Source: Vulcanisaeta distributa DSM 14429 (lineage in GTDB: Archaea; Thermoproteota; Thermoprotei; Thermoproteales; Thermocladiaceae). Taken from it: 32,000 nucleotides of DNA. The position numbers and the translations under genes were made by a program. The DNA lies in assembly GCF_000148385.1 (NCBI RefSeq), contig NC_014537.1, positions 270,001-302,000 on the forward strand, read 5' to 3'. Shown here one piece after another: positions 25,037 through 32,000 of the stretch. The notes under the pieces are model-generated. The model saw only the letters and a program-made list of their open reading frames with translations, made no database searches and had not been told where the DNA came from. The first letter of the stretch is position 1. Every line of letters starts with the position of its first letter.

Positions 25037-25477
25037 ATGATGCATGGACATGGCCACTTCGGACCGCCACCACAGTGGTTCATAAAAAGGAGGGGCCTAA
25101 AGTACTTAATACTTTACCTACTCAGTAGTAGGGGTCCAATGACTGGTGCGCAGATTATCGATGAGATCGAGAGGTTGTCAATGGGTTTCTGGAGACCAAG
25201 CCCTGGCTCTGTGTATCCAGCCCTTGAGGAGCTTGAGTCTGATGGCTTAATTAGGGTGGCTAGGGTTGAGGGCACTAAGAAGTATTACGAAATCACCGAC
25301 AGTGGTAAGGCCTACATAGGCCTACCGAGCATTGATAAAACCACGGCTGCCGTTAATGACTTCGTGTCTCTGGCTAGGTACATTATTGATAATTGGGACA
25401 CACTTAGTGAGGCCGATAGGAATAGGGTTAGGGATGTTCTCAGGGACTTAATTAAGACGGCAAACATTCAATGTTAA
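25037..25477 (+). CDS. PadR-family transcriptional regulator
   Basis: The winged-helix signature MTGAQIIDEIERLSMGFWRPSPGSVYPALEELESDGLI is present. The N-terminus is His/Gly-rich (MMHGHGHFG). Confidence 0.8.
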   Translation: MMHGHGHFGPPPQWFIKRRGLKYLILYLLSSRGPMTGAQIIDEIERLSMGFWRPSPGSVYPALEELESDGLIRVARVEGTKKYYEITDSGKAYIGLPSIDKTTAAVNDFVSLARYIIDNWDTLSEADRNRVRDVLRDLIKTANIQC

Positions 25478-26508
25478 TCCATACTATAGAGCACTACGTG
25501 AGGCATTTTCAGCTCGTCAATAAACCACTTATTCCTAACCTCCATTATTAACTGCCTACTATCAATGTAATTACCCAATAACTTAGTCACTGCATTTCCA
25601 AGGCCCTCACTAAGGCAGTAATCGGCATTCTCAAGGAGTATTAATGATGGCTTCCTCGCCACGATTAATTGGGTTGTCAATGCAAGTATTGTCTTTATGT
25701 GGCATGGTAATTCATCACCAATATGAACAAGCCCCCTCTTATCCACGTAGGAGAGGACTAACTCGCCGCCGTACCAACCAGCCCTGAAATTCCTAAAGCC
25801 AAGCTCTCCAAGGACCTTCCTAAGAAACCTAACGTCAGAATCCCTTCTCGGGTCGGTGAATAGTTGGGATAATATCTCAATTATGTGCTCACCATGTTCA
25901 CCAATAAAGTCCGGCTGTGAAATTTCGGTGTTCTTAACGCGACCCCTGAAGTCTATGTATGGCCCTATCTTGTAAATACCGACTGAGAGCAGGTACTCCC
26001 TAATCGCCTTAATTACCGATAGTGCCGTCTCATAATCCTCAGAGGCACTACCCACCAATTGTAATGCCTGCTCCTTGGGCGCCAACCCATCTGGGTTAAG
26101 CAGTATCGATGCATCAACCACATCAACATCCAGTGGATACTTAACCCTGCTAACGCCGCTCCTAAACTCAGCAACCATGACCTCCCTCTCACCAACCTTA
26201 ACCACACTTACGTAACCATCATCAAGACCAACACTAATCGTTACAGAATCACCGGAATAACCAACCTCCTCAAGCCTCTTCTTAACCCTATCATCCAGCG
26301 ATATTGTAACATCAATCCTCGCATCACCAACCCTGGGTAAATCCTCGAGAAATAACCTATCCCTAATACCCCTGAAAAACCTCCACAATAACTCAATGAT
26401 CATTGACTTACCCGAGCCAGGCGACCCGGTAATTACTGTTAAGGGTCCAAGCTCAATGCTGGTATTTATTCCATAAAACCCCTTAATGCCTAGTCTTGTT
26501 ATTAACAC
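25474..26508 (-). CDS. ABC/SMC-like P-loop ATPase (AAA_21/AAA_15-like), orphan
   Basis: Walker A is VITGSPGSGKS at the N-terminus. FIGEHGEHIIEIL resembles the GENLxxxL motif of this family. The Walker-B-like region is PSLILLENADYCL. 344 aa. Confidence 0.65.
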   Translation of the reverse strand: MLITRLGIKGFYGINTSIELGPLTVITGSPGSGKSMIIELLWRFFRGIRDRLFLEDLPRVGDARIDVTISLDDRVKKRLEEVGYSGDSVTISVGLDDGYVSVVKVGEREVMVAEFRSGVSRVKYPLDVDVVDASILLNPDGLAPKEQALQLVGSASEDYETALSVIKAIREYLLSVGIYKIGPYIDFRGRVKNTEISQPDFIGEHGEHIIEILSQLFTDPRRDSDVRFLRKVLGELGFRNFRAGWYGGELVLSYVDKRGLVHIGDELPCHIKTILALTTQLIVARKPSLILLENADYCLSEGLGNAVTKLLGNYIDSRQLIMEVRNKWFIDELKMPHVVLYSMD

Positions 26509-26648
26509 GACATTGCGCTAAGGCGTTATTTATTAAGGTTGAGTTTCACGGTTAATGCGTATTACGAATATATGAAGTATATTGGAGTATAGTGTAGTTT
26601 ATATATTTGATAAATAAAGCTTAAATAGTAATTAGGAAATACGGTGTC

Positions 26649-27848
26649 GTGGACCTAGACCTAGCGCCCGACCCACTCCTTGCCATCCCGGGACCCTCAC
26701 AAATACCGCCTAGGGTTATGAAGGCATTAATGAGGATTGTCGATCATAGGTCACCCCACTTCCATAAGCTATATAGGGATGTGGTTGATGGTTTAAGGTA
26801 TGTTTTTCGGACGAACGGTGATGTTTACCCAATTACGGCAAGTGGAACTGGCGCTGTTGAGACCATGGTATTGAATTTCGTTAGGCCTAAGGACACGGTC
26901 CTCGTGCCGGTGTTCGGTAGCTTCAGTAGGAGGTTGGTTAATCATCTTAGGAGGGCTGGTGCTGAAGTTATTGAGGTTGATTACGGCTGGAATAGGGCGC
27001 CTACGTACGATGACTTAAGGGCTAAGGTTGAGTCCATGGGTATTAAGCAGATTGACGTATTCGCCACGGTTTATAACGACACAAGCCCCGGCACTGTGTT
27101 TAGGGACCTGCCAAAGGTTGTGAGGTGGATTAAGTCCTACGGCGCCTTAGTGCTTGTTGATAACGTGTCGGCCCTGGGCGGTGATTATTTCGAGGTTGAT
27201 TCCTGGGGCATTGACGTTGCTGTATCAAGCAGCCAAAAGTGCCTTGCCGCCCCGCCTGTCATGTCGTTCATTGCCGTGGCCTCGAGCGAGGCCTACCGTA
27301 AGGCCGACTCCGTGAATCATCCAAGCATTTACTTCGACATTAAGTTAATGAGGAAGTTTGGCGAGAAGTTTGAAACACCATTCACGCCAGCGGTCAATTA
27401 CCTATTTGCAATTAGGGAGGCCCTTGGCATAATTAGGGAGGTTGGTCTTGAGAACTGGATTAGGTGGCACATTGAGAGGGGTAGGGCGATACTCAATGCC
27501 CTTACTAAGGCTGGTCTAGAGCCATTCATCAGCAACGATTACTATAGATCGACTACTGTGCTTTCGTTCAAGTACCCAGCCGGCGTTAATCCTGATGAAT
27601 TTAGGAGGACTATTTATAGGTTTGGTGTTTCAATTTCTGATGGTATGGACGAGGTCAAGGGCAAGGCCTTTAGAATTGGTAATATGGGTTACTTAACTAG
27701 AAAGGACGTACTGACGCTTGTCTCGAGTATAATTGCAGTGTCATTAATTAATGGTGGTAATAATGCAAGTAACGACGCAATAAAGGATGTATTTAGGGAG
27801 GTTTTGAATTACTGGGAACCTGAACAGTTATCAGTGGGCGAGGGTTAA
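26649..27848 (+). CDS. class V aminotransferase (alanine/serine-glyoxylate/pyruvate aminotransferase type)
   Basis: VSSSQKCLAAPP (the SxQK PLP-lysine motif) and VDNVSALGG. 399 aa with a GTG start. Confidence 0.8.
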   Translation: MDLDLAPDPLLAIPGPSQIPPRVMKALMRIVDHRSPHFHKLYRDVVDGLRYVFRTNGDVYPITASGTGAVETMVLNFVRPKDTVLVPVFGSFSRRLVNHLRRAGAEVIEVDYGWNRAPTYDDLRAKVESMGIKQIDVFATVYNDTSPGTVFRDLPKVVRWIKSYGALVLVDNVSALGGDYFEVDSWGIDVAVSSSQKCLAAPPVMSFIAVASSEAYRKADSVNHPSIYFDIKLMRKFGEKFETPFTPAVNYLFAIREALGIIREVGLENWIRWHIERGRAILNALTKAGLEPFISNDYYRSTTVLSFKYPAGVNPDEFRRTIYRFGVSISDGMDEVKGKAFRIGNMGYLTRKDVLTLVSSIIAVSLINGGNNASNDAIKDVFREVLNYWEPEQLSVGEG

Positions 27849-28190
27849 TATCGCACCCGTCAGCGCTATCGTGCCTATTACGGCGACTGCGACACCTATT
27901 ATTATTAGTACCACGTCCACGGTTATCCTGGCATACTTCCAATGCCAGAGCTCAAGGAGTAATGTCCTGAACCCTATCAACCCATGCGCCAGCGCTGCGT
28001 AGAGCAATATGTATATTGCCGCTATGTATCCATAATTAAGTATTTGATTAACCACGACTGGGTAGGAGATTGATTGTTCGTAACTCGGCCACCTAAAGGC
28101 TAGGTGTATTCCAAGCACCACAATTAGCACTATCCCGAGAATGTATTGCCACCTTCTTAATGTGGATGCGTTCACCATACCCATCACCAC
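27831..28190 (-). CDS. sdhD: succinate dehydrogenase membrane anchor subunit (SdhD-like)
   Basis: A 119-aa three-TM hydrophobic protein with conserved-looking His residues (GIHLAF, ALAHGLIG). Overlaps sdhC by 7 nt. The assignment is mainly positional. Confidence 0.55.
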   Translation of the reverse strand: MVMGMVNASTLRRWQYILGIVLIVVLGIHLAFRWPSYEQSISYPVVVNQILNYGYIAAIYILLYAALAHGLIGFRTLLLELWHWKYARITVDVVLIIIGVAVAVIGTIALTGAILTLAH

Positions 28191-28663
28191 ACAAAGGCAA
28201 CTAGTGTTGCTAATATGAGGAATATGACAACTACAATCACAGCAATGTACTTAAGCCATGCCTGCCCAGTCTTCTTAACCGAGGGCACGGCCCTTGGGAA
28301 TGTATGTCTCTCAGGCCTTGGAAGGCCGACACCAAAATACTGCGTCAGTATTAGCCTGAAACCATTGGCACCATGCACAGCCGCCAGCAATGCTATTAAG
28401 TACTCGATTATCGTACCTACATGCGCCGGTCCAGCTACGTGTGGCCCCTCAACAAAGCCTATTACTGTATTCCACGTAATTTCTGAGGGATGACCGAAGC
28501 CAAGCGCTGTTGATATTACCAGGGTATGCGCGATTAGGTATATTACCAGTATTGCACCACTAACCTTCTGGAAAATCAGTAACCACTCATCAAGGCCCCT
28601 AAACCAGAGGGACCATTTTGGTGGGACTCTCTTTACTTGTTTCTGCTGTGCCATCCTCATCAC
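28184..28663 (-). CDS. sdhC: succinate dehydrogenase cytochrome b subunit (SdhC-like)
   Basis: A 159-aa hydrophobic protein directly downstream of sdhB with a 4-nt overlap. His-containing TM helices are present (IAHTLV, AAVHGANG). Confidence 0.6.
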   Translation of the reverse strand: MMRMAQQKQVKRVPPKWSLWFRGLDEWLLIFQKVSGAILVIYLIAHTLVISTALGFGHPSEITWNTVIGFVEGPHVAGPAHVGTIIEYLIALLAAVHGANGFRLILTQYFGVGLPRPERHTFPRAVPSVKKTGQAWLKYIAVIVVVIFLILATLVAFVW

Positions 28664-29472
28664 CTCCTACGCCTACCGGTTAATAACCAGTTCTTCAAAA
28701 GGTTTATCGCTAGGGCTGGATCAACATCCTTGGGGCAAACCTTACTGCAGGTTCCGCTGTAATGGCATGACCAAATACCGTTCTCGCTATCAACGACCTT
28801 TAGCCTTAGCACGGCGCCCTCATCCCTATTATCTGCACTCCACCTATAGGCCTGGGCAAGGGCTTGCGGGCCTAGGTAATCCCTGTTTAGGAAAACCATT
28901 GGACAAGCCGAATAACAAAGGCCGCACTTAATGCAGTACGCAAACTCTAGGTACTCGCTGAGTTGTTCCTCAGTCTGTGGGTAGTAGCTCTCTAATTTCT
29001 CAAATTGTTCGGTCTCATCCTTCCTAATTAACCAGGGCCTAACACTCCTATGCTTCCTAAAGAACTCTGAGAAATCAGCTGCCAAGTCCTTTATTGGCTC
29101 AAAATTGCTAAGTGGTTCTACCGTGATTACCTCAGTGCCTAAGTCATATGGCTTGGTCTCGCAGGCTAACCTTGGTGTCCCATTTATTATCATGCCGCAT
29201 GAGCCGCAAATCCCCATCCTGCAGCTATACCTAAATGATAACGTGGCATCTTGATACCACTTAATCTTTATTAAACCATCAAGCACCGTTTCATGATTAC
29301 TAAGTTCGATCTTATACTCACGCCAATAATAACCACCCCTCTCCGGATCATACCTCTTAACTCTAAATGTATACGTACGCTTAATGGGCGAACCAAGTGG
29401 TGGTTTCGTAATTGTTATCTTCTCCGTAGCGACCGCTGCCTGTAATGCACCACCAGATTGTTGAGAAGACAC
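28660..29472 (-). CDS. sdhB: succinate dehydrogenase/fumarate reductase iron-sulfur subunit
   Basis: The three cluster motifs are SCRMGICGSCGMIINGTPRLAC, CIKCGLCYSACP and CHYSGTCSKVCPKDVDP. GTG start. Confidence 0.85.
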   Translation of the reverse strand: MSSQQSGGALQAAVATEKITITKPPLGSPIKRTYTFRVKRYDPERGGYYWREYKIELSNHETVLDGLIKIKWYQDATLSFRYSCRMGICGSCGMIINGTPRLACETKPYDLGTEVITVEPLSNFEPIKDLAADFSEFFRKHRSVRPWLIRKDETEQFEKLESYYPQTEEQLSEYLEFAYCIKCGLCYSACPMVFLNRDYLGPQALAQAYRWSADNRDEGAVLRLKVVDSENGIWSCHYSGTCSKVCPKDVDPALAINLLKNWLLTGRRRR

Positions 29473-29493
29473 GCTCAGCTATAAATAATCATG

Positions 29494-29503
29494 CCTTTAT
29501 AAG
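29494..29503 (-). promoter_or_regulatory. TATA-like box for sdhB
   Basis: cctttataag (minus strand CTTATAAAGG) is centred about 27 nt upstream of the GTG start at 29472. Confidence 0.35.
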
Positions 29504-29580
29504 TTCTTCCTTGGAAAAGAATAAAATGGAATATCGATGAACCTTCAACGTGGTCATACCGTGCATCATCACGGAAAAAC

Positions 29581-29590
29581 GCATAAATAC
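29581..29590 (+). promoter_or_regulatory. TATA-like box for the XRE-type regulator gene
   Basis: gcataaatac is centred about 26 nt upstream of ATG 29612. Confidence 0.35.
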
Positions 29591-29611
29591 TAGACTTTTG
29601 TCTATTTCTTA

Positions 29612-30358
29612 ATGGTTGAATATGAGGGTTTTATAACAGATATAATGATTAGGATAGCCGGCGACATAGTGCTTTCTGACAACCCTGGTAAGGGGATTAG
29701 GAAGTGGCGTGAATTCTTCGAGATGTCCCAGGCAGAGTTAGCCGCTAGGCTCGGCACATCACCAAGCGTGATTAGTGATTATGAGTCTGGGCGTAGGAAG
29801 TCGCCAGGTTCTCAATTCATTAAGAAAGTGGTAAAGGCATTGGTTGATTATGAGCTTGAGAAGGGTGGTCAAAAACTGTACATACTAAGTAAGCAATTAG
29901 GTGGCGAGAGATTTTGGGAAGCGATACTTGACATGAGGGATTTCGATATACCCGTTGAGATTAACGACTTTGTTAAGGCCATAGGCGCCACATTGGCCGT
30001 CGGGCCTGAGGGCTATGTTGATATTCATGGGTATACCGTGGTTGATAGCCTTAAGTTAGTCCTTGATGTACCATCAAGCGAGTACCTAAAGCTTTATGGA
30101 AGCACTACACAGAGGGCTGCAGTTTTTACCAATGTTAGGTATGGCAGGTCTCCACTAATAGCCATAAAATCAATGATGGCATTCACGAACCTGAGACCAG
30201 CCGTAGTGGTTATGCATGGTGTTGATAAACCTGATTACCTGGGTCTTGAGATTGCCAGGAGGGAGCACATACCATTAGCTATTATTAATAGCTCAATTGA
30301 TGAATTACTGACAGCCCTAAGGAATTTAGCTGAGCGCCAAAGGGCAATTACTAGGTAA
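29612..30358 (+). CDS. archaeal transcriptional regulator with N-terminal XRE-type HTH and a C-terminal uncharacterised domain
   Basis: MSQAELAARLGTSPSVISDYESGRRKSP is a typical HTH_3 (Cro/C1) motif. 248 aa. Confidence 0.65.
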   Translation: MVEYEGFITDIMIRIAGDIVLSDNPGKGIRKWREFFEMSQAELAARLGTSPSVISDYESGRRKSPGSQFIKKVVKALVDYELEKGGQKLYILSKQLGGERFWEAILDMRDFDIPVEINDFVKAIGATLAVGPEGYVDIHGYTVVDSLKLVLDVPSSEYLKLYGSTTQRAAVFTNVRYGRSPLIAIKSMMAFTNLRPAVVVMHGVDKPDYLGLEIARREHIPLAIINSSIDELLTALRNLAERQRAITR

Positions 30359-30363
30359 TGCCA

Positions 30364-30900
30364 TTACCCAGCCTGCGATATTAATGACGTGAGTATTCTC
30401 CGAACATTCTCCCTGAACTCCTCAATGGATGATTCATTTACGACTATGTAATCCGCCCTAGCTATTAAGTCGCCAAGTCCATACCTCAATTCCCTAAGAT
30501 CCCTCATTAGGAAATCCTCGATTGTCCTTGGGTCGTCAGGCCTACCCCTTCTCAGCAGCCTCTCGAATCTAGCCTTCCACGGCGCCACCACATAGATCAA
30601 CACAACCCTCGTCGATAACGCCTCCTCTATCGCTTCAATCTCCCTAATGCTCCTCGCCCCATCAATAACAACGATATTCGACTGCTTAGGTATTTTCTCA
30701 AGGGTTTTATACGCAATAGCCCTAGTACCACCCCTCAGCCTTAAGGTTACCGATGCAGTTGATGAGGAAATACCGCTTTTAATCGCCTCATCCCTAATCA
30801 CGTCGCCCATAGTCACCACGGGAAGCCCCAACTCCCTCGCCACGTCAGACGCTATGGTCTTCCCCGAACCAGGTAAGCCCGTTATTACTATTACCAGCAC
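30364..30900 (-). CDS. P-loop nucleotide kinase-like protein (UPF0200 / dephospho-CoA-kinase-like family)
   Basis: Walker A is VITGLPGSGKT at the N-terminus. The following LGLPVVTMGDVIRDEAIKSGI is typical of archaeal UPF0200 proteins. 178 aa. Confidence 0.65.
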   Translation of the reverse strand: MLVIVITGLPGSGKTIASDVARELGLPVVTMGDVIRDEAIKSGISSSTASVTLRLRGGTRAIAYKTLEKIPKQSNIVVIDGARSIREIEAIEEALSTRVVLIYVVAPWKARFERLLRRGRPDDPRTIEDFLMRDLRELRYGLGDLIARADYIVVNESSIEEFRENVRRILTSLISQAG

Positions 30901-30929
30901 GTATGCTATGGATTATCTAGGGCTTATTT

Positions 30930-32000
30930 TTATTTACCTATAATAACCTCCCTAACCCTGAGTAGATCCGCGTTTGTCCTAAATCCCTTAATATGGAAGT
31001 GGGACCTCACGGCTTGATAACCAAGCCCCCTTATCACGCCTATTACATCATTGATTGGCAGCTCACGGCCTAGATCCCTACTAATCTCCGTTGTTAATGC
31101 ATAGGGTATGTTAGGACCAAGCGCCTCCTCAACAATCAACTTACTGATTTCCCTAGCCCTATCGCTGAAGTAATCCTTAACGTTACTCATAAAGTGATTC
31201 ATTAAGAACTCGGCATCCCATAGATTACCAATCCACAATGGGCCTGCCAGTCTATACCTAGTATTAGTTGGTATTGGATACCCAGGTATGAAGCCCCTCT
31301 GCAATGTACTCAATCTGTAATAAGCGTAGCCGAGGTTCCTAAGGGTCTCAAGGGCGTAGGCCCTATCCTTAAGAATCAATACGCACACCCTGTAGTAATG
31401 ACCATCGAGGAATGATACTAACGGCTGTATTCCGTAATCCATTGATAGGGCATAACGCGCAATCATCGAGATCAATATCCTAATACCCACCTCAAACCTG
31501 AAGGGGAACTTCTGCGGTAATGCCCCATAACGCCTAACACACTTAATGGGGTACTTACCCGATAAAACACCCACGTCAGTCGCAGTCACACATAGCAATC
31601 CCTGATCCCTAACCGCCCTAAGGCTATTCTCTATGAATGGCTGTGGGGACCCGAATGGGTCTATGTCGACCACATCGCAGCCACCCTCACGTGCAAGCCT
31701 TAACAGTAGGTTATTGGCATCATCCCTATACACACTCACTACGTCATTCAGTCCATTCTTATCCACGTTCAACCTTATTAACTCATAAGCCCTCTCGGAA
31801 ATATCGTTAGCTATAACCCTGGAAACACCATTAACCTCCCTAGCATACCTAACAGCCCTAACCCCAGTCCCCGATAATGGCTCGCAAATAGTAATCCCAG
31901 CTTTATTCATATAGCCTATGTACCCATTAATGATTGCAGTCGATAATGACCTATTAACCTCCATCCTAGGATTATAAAACACGGGTGCATGGGCAGGCTC
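30930..32000 (-). CDS. trm1: tRNA (guanine26-N2)-dimethyltransferase Trm1, 5' end beyond the window
   Basis: FYNPRMEVNRSLS and DIDPFGSPQPFIENSLRAV are the hallmark Trm1 motifs. The reading frame stays open to base 32000 (…EPAHAPVFYNP…), so the true start lies outside the window. Confidence 0.8.
   Translation of the reverse strand, partial: EPAHAPVFYNPRMEVNRSLSTAIINGYIGYMNKAGITICEPLSGTGVRAVRYAREVNGVSRVIANDISERAYELIRLNVDKNGLNDVVSVYRDDANNLLLRLAREGGCDVVDIDPFGSPQPFIENSLRAVRDQGLLCVTATDVGVLSGKYPIKCVRRYGALPQKFPFRFEVGIRILISMIARYALSMDYGIQPLVSFLDGHYYRVCVLILKDRAYALETLRNLGYAYYRLSTLQRGFIPGYPIPTNTRYRLAGPLWIGNLWDAEFLMNHFMSNVKDYFSDRAREISKLIVEEALGPNIPYALTTEISRDLGRELPINDVIGVIRGLGYQAVRSHFHIKGFRTNADLLRVREVIIGK

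Noticed and set aside
882-30943. About 40 track ORFs of 60-135 aa lying antisense to, or out of frame within, the long genes. Examples are 882-1169, 2797-3201, 4455-4796, 7117-7365, 8303-9036, 10123-10482, 13034-13419, 14389-15266, 16531-16848, 19661-19957, 20192-21179, 21391-21701, 22552-23765, 24140-24514, 26013-26207, 28215-28493 and 30647-30943.
   Set aside because: Each is fully nested in a longer ORF with clear family motifs. Their translations are Ser/Leu/Pro/Thr-rich low-complexity strings typical of shadow frames in genes with strong strand-biased codon usage.
1-32000. A scan of all intergenic regions for tRNA, rRNA or other structured RNA genes.
   Set aside because: No GC-rich cloverleaf-like acceptor or T-arm sequences and no rRNA-like segments were seen. 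The intergenic regions are AT-rich and promoter-like. A covariance-model scan would be needed to be definitive.

Overview
The window reads as chromosomal DNA of a Thermoproteales-like crenarchaeon. This is inferred from AGG/AGA-Arg and ATA-Ile codon bias, TATA-like boxes about 25-30 nt upstream of start codons with little or no leader, frequent 4-19 nt gene overlaps, and gene content. About 85% is ordinary core metabolism. It holds a translationally coupled glycerol module (GlpA-like dehydrogenase, second flavoprotein, glycerol-kinase-like FGGY kinase, FAD-linked oxidase), a futalosine-pathway menaquinone cluster (two divergent MqnC/MqnE-type radical SAM genes, mqnA, mqnD), and a family III CoA-transferase. 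Further genes are a PaaI thioesterase, an Orn/DAP/Arg-type decarboxylase, an isolated ribosomal uL5 gene, a PHS-type phosphate MFS transporter, AlaX, an M20 deacylase, DUF3311 plus a sodium:solute symporter, a CobD/HisC-like aminotransferase and PadR. The list ends with an orphan ABC/SMC-like ATPase, a class V aminotransferase, sdhBCD without sdhA, an XRE-type regulator, a UPF0200 kinase-like protein and a window-truncated trm1. No rRNA, tRNA or CRISPR array was seen. The accessory part lies at about 15.7-20.1 kb. It contains a HEPN/MNT pair converging on a retropepsin-like protease and a coiled-coil protein with a histidine-bearing heptad repeat. Next comes a 1.5 kb, largely ORF-free segment bounded by exact 51-nt inverted repeats that each fold into a GC-stem hairpin. 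A third hairpin copy lies inside it, along with a decayed retropepsin-like gene whose frameshift falls on an X_XXY_YYZ-type heptamer. An orphan gene follows. A smaller patch of toxin-antitoxin debris at 5.45-6.35 kb surrounds a Rieske gene flanked by 11-bp direct repeats. Functional calls come from motifs read by eye, and no database search was possible.
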